Assembly: GCF_000092105.1 (NCBI RefSeq)
Contig: NC_014148.1
Coordinates: forward strand, 3,150,001 to 3,182,000
Origin: Planctopirus limnophila DSM 3776
GTDB taxonomy: Bacteria; Planctomycetota; Planctomycetia; Planctomycetales; Planctomycetaceae
Length of the DNA stretch: 32,000 nt
Direction: 5' to 3'
Part shown: one piece after another, positions 20,649 through 29,071 of the stretch
Layout of the letters: each line of letters starts with the position of its first letter
Position numbering within the stretch: position 1 is the first letter of the stretch
Program-made: the position numbers and the translations under genes
Notes under the pieces: generated by a model
Databases searched by the model: none
What the model was told of the DNA's origin: nothing
What the model saw: only the letters and a program-made list of their open reading frames with translations

Positions 20649-21632
20649 TCAGACTTCAACCACTTCCTGCCCAGTCATCTTCAGATAAGCGACGGCGGTG
20701 AATAACAGCGTGAGTGGCAGAGTAAAGATCGCCCCGACGCACAACGCCAGAATCCCCAGCAGATTAATCCCGGCTCCAGCCAGCATCAGCACGAAAATCT
20801 GCAGCAGATTCCCTTTGGTTATTTCCTGTGATCTCGAAAAGCAATCAATCCCCTTAGAGTTTTCAGCCACAATCACATAGGCAAACGGATAGAACATGCA
20901 ACTCACAAGAATCCCGGGAATGATACACAGCACCATGCCAATCCCAAATGCGATGCTGAACAACACCAGCGAAATGGCGTAGCGCAGGAAAAATTTGCCA
21001 CCGCTGAAGATATCGCCAATTTGAGGATCTTCGCCGCGGGCAGCTTTCAAAAAGAGCTGGCAAAGCCCGATCTGCAAAAATGCACCGACACAGAACGACA
21101 TGGCCATGAAGCCTAAGAGCATGGCCAGCCCGACCATCACACCGGTCGGATCTTCACCGTCACCCATCACGAGACCAGGGATGATCTGCTGTGGAATGGT
21201 GGCCAGTTGCGACAACAGGTTGACGAGAAAACTTCCCACCAGACACGGGGCGAGGTTTTTCAAGTAAACCTTCCACGCGCTGCCAATGACTTCCCCAGCT
21301 TCGATCTTTGTCAGTTCTCCCGTGGCTCCCGAAGATGCCTCACCACCCCCTTCAGGAGAGAGATCTTCACCGCAATGTTTGCACCGCTTAGCAGCCGCCA
21401 GGACTTCGCCACCGCACATGGGGCAGGCGACTTTCGCTCGCGTGTCACGCATTTTCCCCACAGGTGGCGGAGGCGGAAGACCCTCTTCAAAGTCATCTTC
21501 GGCAGCCGGTTGATCCAGCCCCGGCACAGTGACAACTTCGCCACAACCAGGACATTTCGCTTTACGTCCAGCCCGATCCTCAGAGGTGCTGAGTGATTTA
21601 TCACAGTGCGGACAGTTGAATTCAATGGCCAC
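20649..21632 (-). CDS. double zinc-ribbon protein fused to a DUF975-like polytopic membrane domain
   Basis: N-terminus CPHC...CPGC, then a proline-rich linker, then CPMC...CKHC, giving two CxxC...CxxC ribbons. Five to six TM helices follow, with a DUF975 / GlpQ-membrane-domain-like pattern (GDIFSGGKFFLRY...IIPGIL...). Apparent GTG start at 21632. Confidence 0.8.
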   Translation of the reverse strand: MAIEFNCPHCDKSLSTSEDRAGRKAKCPGCGEVVTVPGLDQPAAEDDFEEGLPPPPPVGKMRDTRAKVACPMCGGEVLAAAKRCKHCGEDLSPEGGGEASSGATGELTKIEAGEVIGSAWKVYLKNLAPCLVGSFLVNLLSQLATIPQQIIPGLVMGDGEDPTGVMVGLAMLLGFMAMSFCVGAFLQIGLCQLFLKAARGEDPQIGDIFSGGKFFLRYAISLVLFSIAFGIGMVLCIIPGILVSCMFYPFAYVIVAENSKGIDCFSRSQEITKGNLLQIFVLMLAGAGINLLGILALCVGAIFTLPLTLLFTAVAYLKMTGQEVVEV

Positions 21633-21925
21633 GGATTGGTTACCTTGACGATGGAGAACGATAGGAAAGGCAAAAACTCACGAAGAACGCAGAACACTTG
21701 GCACTTGGCAATCCCCGCTCCCGCTTGAAGTGGGCAAGTACTTCGGGCCATGCTTACGAAGCGACAATTCCGATGGATTACTTCAATTCGATCATTGCAG
21801 AACTGATGACGCGAAGAAGTTAACAAGTGTTCGCTGTGAACTGAAGAGGGTCTTTCAGAAAATGAGCAAAGCCCTTCATGGACAGTTTATCATTCACGAA
21901 AGCCCGGGCTCATGACGGCCCAGGC

Positions 21926-22513
21926 TCATGACGGCCTTTGCTCATCATCGAGCAGAAGTTCCAGATAAGACCTGTTTTCGGGTTGGTCTAACTTCAAACG
22001 AGCAGCCCATTCCAGCAGGCGATCCCGCGCGGGTTGCCAGGCCTGTTCCTCAGTGATGATTTCGAGTTCGGCAAAGTGGCCGAGTTCCGGTACATGATCG
22101 ATCGTGCAGACCAGCACATACTCTTCATCAGGAAGAGTCCAGAACTGCCGACTCTTGACAACTTTTCGAACAGAGCGAAACCCTAACGCCAAGAGGATCT
22201 GACAGATCGCCAGGGGTGACTTGTCTGCAGCCAATGGCCCCGTCGAACCCACCAGCGGGGCCTCAATCTCATGACGTGTTTTCGTGAGTTGATCGAGCCT
22301 GGGGCCTTTGTAAGTGAGAATGGTCTCCAGCGGCGTCGAACGGACCCGTAACGCTTCCCCGGTTGTCGCGAAATCGCGTGCAGGATGTGCGAAGTACTCA
22401 TCACTTTCCGTCATGGCGGGCCCGGCACAAATCGCCTCGTGCTCCAGCAGAACGCCACGAAACGCTTCGACATCGTTCAAAGAAAACTTAATTTCCACTT
22501 CGATATCAGCCAT
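21926..22513 (-). CDS. CYTH domain protein (class IV adenylate cyclase / triphosphatase family)
   Basis: N-terminal EVEIKF signature (ExExK), then ALRVR..., TYKGP..., and HFAELEI near the C-terminus, typical of CyaB/CYTH. Confidence 0.85.
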   Translation of the reverse strand: MADIEVEIKFSLNDVEAFRGVLLEHEAICAGPAMTESDEYFAHPARDFATTGEALRVRSTPLETILTYKGPRLDQLTKTRHEIEAPLVGSTGPLAADKSPLAICQILLALGFRSVRKVVKSRQFWTLPDEEYVLVCTIDHVPELGHFAELEIITEEQAWQPARDRLLEWAARLKLDQPENRSYLELLLDDEQRPS

Positions 22514-22749
22514 GCCTGCTCAGCGATCTGTAAAAGGAAGACGTTTGTGATTCGGGGGATATCCGATTTGAGACCAACAATCATGTACCCTTCGCTCGTT
22601 TTTATGAAAAGCGAGCATCCCGAACAGCAGAGAAATTCGCCGGGAGAAGATTGATCAGTCAGGTCGGTTGGTTTTTGCGAAAGCGAAGATGGTGCAATCC
22701 GTCGGAACTTCTTGCACCCTACATCAAGAAGGGTATGCCTGGGGATCTA

Positions 22750-23058
22750 TTAACGATCAGCATGAGCCAGTTGTTGTAGACGTTCCCAGGTATAAAGCCC
22801 GGTATTGTGACCGTCGTTCCAGCGAATGCGAATCGCATACTGCCCCACAAGATCAAGCCCAGCGGGGGCAATCTCAGCCGGGATTTTTGCAGGATCAAGC
22901 AGTAGCTCGCCCGTGAATTCATCCACACACACAGCACAACTGCAGCCGCAGCGAACATCAAAAAAGCGAACAAATAGTTCGCTCTCCCCAGGCCATTTGA
23001 GTTCAAACAGCCCGGTCTCACGGTGAGCACGGATGATCTCGGGAGCATCAGTCGGCAT
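22750..23058 (-). CDS. DUF971 domain protein
   Basis: FELKWPGESELFVRFFDVRCGCSCAVCVDEFTGE...YAIRIRWNDGHNTGLYTWERL matches the DUF971 pattern (gamma-butyrobetaine hydroxylase N-terminal-like). Start placed at the ATG at 23058, because the upstream part of the ORF-track frame runs through simple repeats. Confidence 0.8.
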   Translation of the reverse strand: MPTDAPEIIRAHRETGLFELKWPGESELFVRFFDVRCGCSCAVCVDEFTGELLLDPAKIPAEIAPAGLDLVGQYAIRIRWNDGHNTGLYTWERLQQLAHADR

Positions 23059-23070
23059 GGGAAAATTTGA

Positions 23071-23105
23071 TGTTGGGTGTTGGGTGTTGCGTGTTGGATC
23101 TTGGA
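23071..23105 (-). repeat. five tandem heptamers; minus strand reads TCCAAGA TCCAACA CGCAACA CCCAACA CCCAACA
   Basis: Read directly from the sequence. The array ends 12 nt upstream of the DUF971 ATG at 23058. The plus strand reads TGTTGGG TGTTGGG TGTTGCG TGTTGGA TCTTGGA. Confidence 0.9.
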
Positions 23106-23135
23106 GAGATAAGTCGAGAGTAAGCCGCCGGTATT

Positions 23136-23164
23136 CAAACACCAAATACCAAACACCCAACTCC
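23136..23164. repeat. inverted, imperfect copy of the heptamer array
   Basis: Plus strand reads CAAACACCAAATACCAAACACCCAACTCC. Its reverse complement GGAGTTGGGTGTTTGGTATTTGGTGTTTG matches the 23071-23097 arm, including 10 contiguous nt GTTGGGTGTT. Together they form a long imperfect hairpin just after the cytochrome gene stop at 23177. Confidence 0.7.
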
Positions 23165-23176
23165 GAAAGCCATCGA

Positions 23177-24958
23177 TCAATCTCTCCAGGGATGAGCGAT
23201 TTCTTTCCAGTATTTGTCGAATTCAAACCCTGGGCTGTTATCTCCATCGTGGCATTGATAGCAGGTTGTCTTTTTCGCCTGATCGAGTGTCACACGCATG
23301 GCCAGCCGAGCGGCGGCCTGCTCTTCTTCAGTCGCTTTGCCACCATTTTCAATCCGCACATGCTCACTCCCGGGAGAGTGACAGTTTTCGCAGCCATTTC
23401 CGAAAAGATGGGCCGATGTTTCCAGATCGCGGTAGCCGGAGTCATACCGCAAAACCTGCTGTGCTTCCCACCCTGTGGTGTGGCAGTTAATACATTCCGG
23501 GTCGTAAATGCGCGAAATATACTCCCCTTCAATCCCCCCACGACCATGGATGATACTTTTAGTCGCTTTGGCGTGGCCGGTTTCTTCCCACTTTTCATAC
23601 GCTTTCGTGTGGCAATCGCCACACACTTTAGAACCTACAAATTTGCGTCCACTCGGGTGAGGAATGACCAGTTCTGGTGTTAAAGAGATTTGTTCAAGCT
23701 CCAGCCGCTTCTGATAGTCGGCCATGAGGTTTTCCATCGGCTTCGTCGCTTTGAACCGGCGATTGTCGAGATCGATCAGTTCGTAACGGAATGGAGTCTT
23801 TACATCATCCGGAAAATAGCCCACCAGCGAAACATACTTACCCTTCTGGCCAGGCTGAATGATCCACGAGCGACCTTCCATCACAGGTTTCGATTGAGGA
23901 TCTTCCGGCCCTCCCGTCGTGACAATCAACTGAAACGCAGGGAACTTGCGGGCGAACTCTTTCGCTTCATCGACAGTCCCATTATTCAACAGAATCAGCA
24001 GATGCGGCTTCTCACCTTTGAACTGCTCAATTGCTTTACGAATCTCTTCATCGGGATCGCTGAAGGTGATGTTGTTGGCCACACCGGCCGGTGCGACATC
24101 ATCTCTTCGGCTTTTCCCAAGGACTGAAACCACACAGGCTTTCACTTCGCCAATCTTGAAGGTCTTTGTACGCAGTGGAGTGCCAAGATCGGGTGATTCA
24201 AAGAAAGTGACATTCGCTCCAGAAATAGCGAGCGACTTCTGCACTTCCTCAGGATCAGCGACCTGTTGTGTCAGCAGGAAGTCGGCCCCCAGACGGAGAT
24301 CCGCAGGCCCCAGGCCAATCACCTGATAGTTGAGTGATCGCAAAGCCGTCAGAATCGCTTCGTACTTGATCTGATCCTGGCGGCGGGAACGCTTGACGAA
24401 TCCCCCGGCATCCAGCCCCGCGACGGGCCAACCTCTTTTGGTAAGCCGCTGGAAAAGATCGAGCCTGCGCGACATCCCACCCGATTGGGTTAATGAGCAA
24501 CCGCAAGGTTCGAGATAGCCATTCGTTTCTGCCGAGAGCATGAGGACCGCTTGCGGGCGAGGCCAGTCTTCCGCCACAGGCGGTTCACTGGTATGGCTGG
24601 TGGACTGGGATGTGGCTTCTGATGATTTGGTATCCGAAGGAAGCTGCCCGGCTGGCACTTGAGCCGCCTGTGCAAGGGTCGTATTCCAGGGGATGACGGA
24701 CAATACAGAGTTCTGTAACGGCAAAGAAGAGCTGGAGACAGCTTGTGTTGAAGTTCGGCTTGCCAGTTGTGCATCGCTGGGAACAAGTCGCGTGACCCAC
24801 GCCCCTCCAGTGAGCAGAGTTGTCAGGCAAGCCAGTCCCAGAAGACAGGGCCAGAGCACCCGGCCCAATTTAGGTGAAGTGGACTGCGCGGGGCGATTTT
24901 GACCACCCAGAGGACAGGAAATAGCACGCTGACGACGATGACGAGGCATAGCAGACAT
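23177..24958 (-). CDS. membrane-anchored fusion: degenerate metallophosphoesterase / 5'-nucleotidase-like domain plus tetraheme c-type cytochrome (cytochrome c554-like)
   Basis: Four CXXCH motifs in the C-terminal ~150 aa (CGDCH, CINCH, CENCH, CYQCH). The N-terminal domain carries the ETNGYLEPCGC motif, and one TM/signal anchor is present (VLWPCLLGLACLTTLL). Start is uncertain: ATG at 24958 or 24949, or the TTG at 25084 given by the ORF track. Confidence 0.85.
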   Translation of the reverse strand: MSAMPRHRRQRAISCPLGGQNRPAQSTSPKLGRVLWPCLLGLACLTTLLTGGAWVTRLVPSDAQLASRTSTQAVSSSSLPLQNSVLSVIPWNTTLAQAAQVPAGQLPSDTKSSEATSQSTSHTSEPPVAEDWPRPQAVLMLSAETNGYLEPCGCSLTQSGGMSRRLDLFQRLTKRGWPVAGLDAGGFVKRSRRQDQIKYEAILTALRSLNYQVIGLGPADLRLGADFLLTQQVADPEEVQKSLAISGANVTFFESPDLGTPLRTKTFKIGEVKACVVSVLGKSRRDDVAPAGVANNITFSDPDEEIRKAIEQFKGEKPHLLILLNNGTVDEAKEFARKFPAFQLIVTTGGPEDPQSKPVMEGRSWIIQPGQKGKYVSLVGYFPDDVKTPFRYELIDLDNRRFKATKPMENLMADYQKRLELEQISLTPELVIPHPSGRKFVGSKVCGDCHTKAYEKWEETGHAKATKSIIHGRGGIEGEYISRIYDPECINCHTTGWEAQQVLRYDSGYRDLETSAHLFGNGCENCHSPGSEHVRIENGGKATEEEQAAARLAMRVTLDQAKKTTCYQCHDGDNSPGFEFDKYWKEIAHPWRD

Positions 24959-25084
24959 CCCTGGCGAGGCATGCAAAAACCAGAAATCTGGTTCATCCAA
25001 CGCCATTGCACAAAATTTTCGACCTTGAAACACCCCTGGTGGCAGTGCCTGTGCAGTTCTCGACAATCCAATATCAACTGTCAA

Positions 25085-26236
25085 TTACAGCGATAGATAG
25101 CTGACAAAGAACTTGTACTCCGGGATGAGTGGATGATTCAACTTGAGAATCACTTTCTCGGATTTCTTGAACTGCCGGTCGGCAGGGAGACCAGGCAAAA
25201 CCTTGACTGTCAGAAAGTATCGCTGCACCCCTTTGCCCATGTACTTGTCGTCCTTTCGCAAGGCGACTTCCACCGCATTGTGAGCGGTCTCGTAGCTTTT
25301 AAGCTCCAGATCCCCTTCCAATTCCCTCACAAAGAGCGACAACTCGGCCGTCTTCCCGTCTTTGGCCGGAAAATCGCCTAAGATCAGAGCGGTCGATTCA
25401 TTGGCCCAGCCCCGTCCTATGACATCGATCGGCCCGGGGCGAGTCGCCTTGATGGTAAAGCTGACTTCCTTATGCTTTTCCAGACTGGTCTGTAAAACGA
25501 CCCGGTCAGAATAGCTGCCGACCGGGACATCACCGGAAACAGTCGCCTTCAGCAGATAACCAGATTTCGCACCGCGTTCGCCCAATTGTTCTTCAGTCAG
25601 AGGCACCCAGGTGATCTGTGTGGTGGGAAGATCCGTTTTGACTTCCGTAATTTCGAACTTGTCGAACAGCGGGCTGTAGATCGAACCCGTCGCTTCCGAT
25701 GGTGCTCCAATTTTCAATTGCCCCATCGCCCATTCCCCTTCGGGTTTGAGCTGCAGGCCGTTTTCCACTTTCCCGACCACCGTCAGTTCGATTCGGCGAT
25801 TACCAGGATCATTAGTACGAATGACCGCATGATGCCGGAAGCTGGGATTTGCGAGCTTGATCTTCCAGTTCAAAGTGACTTCCGTCTGCTGACCGGGTGC
25901 CAGCTTACCATCACCCGCCACATTCCCCACGGTGCAACTGCAGGTGGTTTCTTCCTTACGGGCCAGGATCTCCAGCGGTGCTTCGCCTTCATTTTTAATG
26001 ATAAAGACATGCGATCCTTCGTCGCCCATTTCCATTTTCCCGAAGTCGTACTCCACTTCAGGAATCACCGCTTTGGGCTGTGGCCCTTCTTTGGCCACTT
26101 TAGGGCCAATTTCAGTTTCTGGCACAGGCTGAGCCACGTTGACCGGTAACGTCGCAGTTCCACGGCCGAAAAACGCAATCGCTGCTAACGTCATCACCGT
26201 CAAAAATGCACAAACAGCCATGGCAGCAGGCTTCAT
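25085..26236 (-). CDS. DUF1573 domain protein, membrane-anchored or exported
   Basis: Signal anchor MKPAAMAVCAFLTVMTLAAIAFF, then EYDFGKMEMGDEGSHVFIIKNEGEAPLEI, the hallmark DUF1573 beta-sandwich motif, followed by further beta-rich repeats. ATG at 26236 preferred over the TTG at 26254. Confidence 0.8.
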   Translation of the reverse strand: MKPAAMAVCAFLTVMTLAAIAFFGRGTATLPVNVAQPVPETEIGPKVAKEGPQPKAVIPEVEYDFGKMEMGDEGSHVFIIKNEGEAPLEILARKEETTCSCTVGNVAGDGKLAPGQQTEVTLNWKIKLANPSFRHHAVIRTNDPGNRRIELTVVGKVENGLQLKPEGEWAMGQLKIGAPSEATGSIYSPLFDKFEITEVKTDLPTTQITWVPLTEEQLGERGAKSGYLLKATVSGDVPVGSYSDRVVLQTSLEKHKEVSFTIKATRPGPIDVIGRGWANESTALILGDFPAKDGKTAELSLFVRELEGDLELKSYETAHNAVEVALRKDDKYMGKGVQRYFLTVKVLPGLPADRQFKKSEKVILKLNHPLIPEYKFFVSYLSL

Positions 26237-26386
26237 AGCGATCCTCTCCAGCAATCCGGGCCTGTGTTGATCTCGTCATAAGTTTCGTTTGCAGAATATC
26301 TTCTGTAGAACCGCCCAGCTCAGCAGGCAATTTCAACACGCTTCCGCAGCGATATACGACAGTCTAATCGGAAATGCTGGAGAGAG

Positions 26387-29071
26387 TCACTGGACTCGCC
26401 CATTGTTCAAAGGATCTTCATCCAGCTTTTCTGCTTGCAGTCGCTTGAGTCGCTCGACAACTTCTTCAGGAAGCACACGATCCGAGTGGCCCAATTGCCG
26501 ATTCAATTCATTCTGCTTCAAAGCCAGATTCGCTTCAATTGAGGCCTCTTTTCGCTTCCCTGCCAATGCCAACGCTTCCGCAGCCCCAGCCAGAAGTCGA
26601 CTCGAACTGCGATATCTGCGATTCGCTTCCTCAAAAGATTCCACAGCCTTCTCGGCAAAATTTTGTCGCTCAGCAGGACTGCTCACAGCTCTTTCAAAAT
26701 AGGCACGCGCCAACTGCTCATGAGGCCGGTAACTGTGAAAATCGCGTTGACTGGCAGATTTCATCCATTTTTCACCGTTCGCCCAATCCGTCGAACTTTC
26801 GGCATTCGAAAACCACGCCATGCCAGCCGTCTCGGCCAGGCTGGGAGACCACTCATCCAATTCAGCCAATTTCACCATTTCCCGTATGGCAGCACCTCGC
26901 GTCGAGGCTGGTCGAGCTGACATCTGGATGCGCCCCTGTGAGACCATCCAGACTGGCCATGCTCCCCAGATCGAAAGGACCATCACCAGCACCATCGCCC
27001 CGGGGAGTAATCGACTTCCCCACCTGAAAATCGACGAGATCAGAGCCTCGCCGAAACCAGCTTTGACAGCCTGAAATTCTCCGGGTTCTCTCATCTGTGT
27101 AACAACGGCACCTACCGGCCATGTCGATAAAGTAATCAACAGCAGCCATAATCCCAGGATGGCCGCCATGCCAAACCCACCAGCCGCCAGGAGATTCACT
27201 CCCAGAGCGAACGCCGCAGCTGGAAATGCCAGATCTCCCCAACTGTGAGCGAAGCCACGAGCATCCCGATCGGCCCTCAATTCCTGCGGGGCAGCAGGCG
27301 ATTCATCGGCCGTCTCTGACTTCATCGATGAGTTCAATCGCCACCGGTCGATGATCAGATACAGCCCAGTCCAGAAGACACCAAACACAATGAGCGCATC
27401 GTCAAAGACCCCATCCAGCAGAAACCGGCCCCACCAGGCAATCGCCAGACTGCCAGCACCAGCCCACAGTGGCCAATTTGAAGGAAGGTGGATAGCTCGA
27501 GAATACTGAATGAAAAGTCTTTCCGACGAAGTTTGATCATTCACCACTGGCGACGAGTTCAATAACCCTTTCCCCAAAGCGAATAACCCAGTTCCCGCGA
27601 GCACCAGCAACCCCGCGAGCGACAAAACTCCTCCCGAACTCCACGCTTCAAGAACCATGTTATGAGGGTCAGCGATCTCTTCGCTCGAACTCGGGAGTTT
27701 GTACGACAAATAAACGCTGCGAAAGTTTCCGGGGCCCACACCCAACCAGGGGTGATCTGCCAGCATCTGCAATGTCGCGACCCAGTATTCCAGCCGATAT
27801 CGCAGTGATTTCGGGGCTTCTGTGATCACCTCCAGATCCAGCCCGCCTCTCCAGACCACCAGGCCGACCAGCAGAAGCATGGATCCTGTTCCAGCACCGA
27901 AGATCCACAACCACGATCTTGACGAAACACGCAGCTCGCCCACAGCTTTCCACTGGCTGACAAGTGGCCGCACAGCCAGCAGCAGCATCGTGACAGCCAG
28001 TGCCAGCACTGCCGTACGGGATTTCGTCAGCAGCAAGGTCCAGCCTCCCAATAGCCATGCCGACAGCAGAATCCAGGTGAACGGGCGGGAAAGATCTGGC
28101 CAGGACCACATCGTGCGCTGCTGAGTCACCTCTGGCCAGGCAAACAGACTCAATACCAGCAGAACCAGTAGGATAGCCGCAAATGTATTCGCCAAAGCGC
28201 AAAAGCCATAAGGTTCACTGCTGGTCAATCGTTGAAAGAACGCTCTGCGAGCATGCAGTTCTGTCGGGATGCCATCGCTTTCCAGCTTTTGCCTGAGCTG
28301 TGAAATCTTTGACTCATCTTCTGCGGATCGCTCCTGCAGACCCTCCAGTCGATCCAGTTCCTGTATCGCTTTGATATATCGACCGGAGATCGCAGGCAGG
28401 CCAATCTCATGCTGATACAGCCCCAGTACAGACATTGACAGTAATGTCGTGATCACAAACGGCCAGATCGCACTCAGGCTGATCACGTGGCCCGGTCGTT
28501 CCGGCAATCGAGGTGCCAGACGCCACAGCACGCAGGCTCCCATGGCCAGAGAAAAAAACTCAATCAGCAGATTGGCAGCCGCTCGTCGATCTCCCTGAGC
28601 CAGCCAGACGTGAATTGTCCCAGCCACCTGACCAGCAGTCAGCAGCAGCAATCCCCAGACAAACCCTGAACGCCAGGCACGCGAAGCAAGCTCTGTTTTA
28701 GGCAACAGGATCAGCAGCAGCGCCGATGTGGCCATCGACAGAATCGCCAGCCAGAGGGATTCCCCCATCACTGCGGCTTCAGGAGGTGTCCAGAACCTCG
28801 CAAAAAAAAGACTGGCGAGCAGCACGACCAGCCAACCCGCCACGCGCTCTTGCGATCGCGAAGGCTCAGCCAGCCCACCCGCATCCTGCACCATTCGCTG
28901 ACCTGTCGAAGTTCCAGCCCGCCGGGTTTCAACAACAGGTTTCTTTCCTCTCGCAGACATCCACAACCATCCCGGAGGACGCCCCTTTTCCAGATCTGAG
29001 CGAACAGGAATCGCCTGCTCCCCGAACAACAGACTCTGGATCGAAAACGCCATCGTTCGCAAAGAAGGCAT
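26387..29071 (-). CDS. O-antigen ligase-like (Wzy_C) polytopic membrane protein with C-terminal TPR-like helical repeats
   Basis: 894 aa with more than 10 TM helices. The Wzy_C-type block is ADPHNMVLEAWSSGGVLSLAGLLVL. The C-terminal soluble region is Ala/Glu/Arg-rich with TPR-like repeats (ARAYFERAV...AEKAVESFEEANRRY...AAEALALAGKRKEA). Confidence 0.85.
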   Translation of the reverse strand: MPSLRTMAFSIQSLLFGEQAIPVRSDLEKGRPPGWLWMSARGKKPVVETRRAGTSTGQRMVQDAGGLAEPSRSQERVAGWLVVLLASLFFARFWTPPEAAVMGESLWLAILSMATSALLLILLPKTELASRAWRSGFVWGLLLLTAGQVAGTIHVWLAQGDRRAAANLLIEFFSLAMGACVLWRLAPRLPERPGHVISLSAIWPFVITTLLSMSVLGLYQHEIGLPAISGRYIKAIQELDRLEGLQERSAEDESKISQLRQKLESDGIPTELHARRAFFQRLTSSEPYGFCALANTFAAILLVLLVLSLFAWPEVTQQRTMWSWPDLSRPFTWILLSAWLLGGWTLLLTKSRTAVLALAVTMLLLAVRPLVSQWKAVGELRVSSRSWLWIFGAGTGSMLLLVGLVVWRGGLDLEVITEAPKSLRYRLEYWVATLQMLADHPWLGVGPGNFRSVYLSYKLPSSSEEIADPHNMVLEAWSSGGVLSLAGLLVLAGTGLFALGKGLLNSSPVVNDQTSSERLFIQYSRAIHLPSNWPLWAGAGSLAIAWWGRFLLDGVFDDALIVFGVFWTGLYLIIDRWRLNSSMKSETADESPAAPQELRADRDARGFAHSWGDLAFPAAAFALGVNLLAAGGFGMAAILGLWLLLITLSTWPVGAVVTQMREPGEFQAVKAGFGEALISSIFRWGSRLLPGAMVLVMVLSIWGAWPVWMVSQGRIQMSARPASTRGAAIREMVKLAELDEWSPSLAETAGMAWFSNAESSTDWANGEKWMKSASQRDFHSYRPHEQLARAYFERAVSSPAERQNFAEKAVESFEEANRRYRSSSRLLAGAAEALALAGKRKEASIEANLALKQNELNRQLGHSDRVLPEEVVERLKRLQAEKLDEDPLNNGRVQ

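Noticed and set aside
21907-21936. Tandem 16-nt duplication GGCTCATGACGGCC(ca)GGCTCATGACGGCC spanning the CYTH stop codon
   Set aside because: It is real in the sequence but looks like a trivial slippage duplication just outside the CDS, with no functional implication I can argue.
22719-23683. ORFs 22719..23180 (-), the N-terminal extension of 22750..23247 (-), and 23033..23683 (+)
   Set aside because: They are out of frame with, or antisense to, DUF971 and the cytochrome gene, or they read through the heptamer repeats. DUF971 homology begins only after the ATG at 23058.
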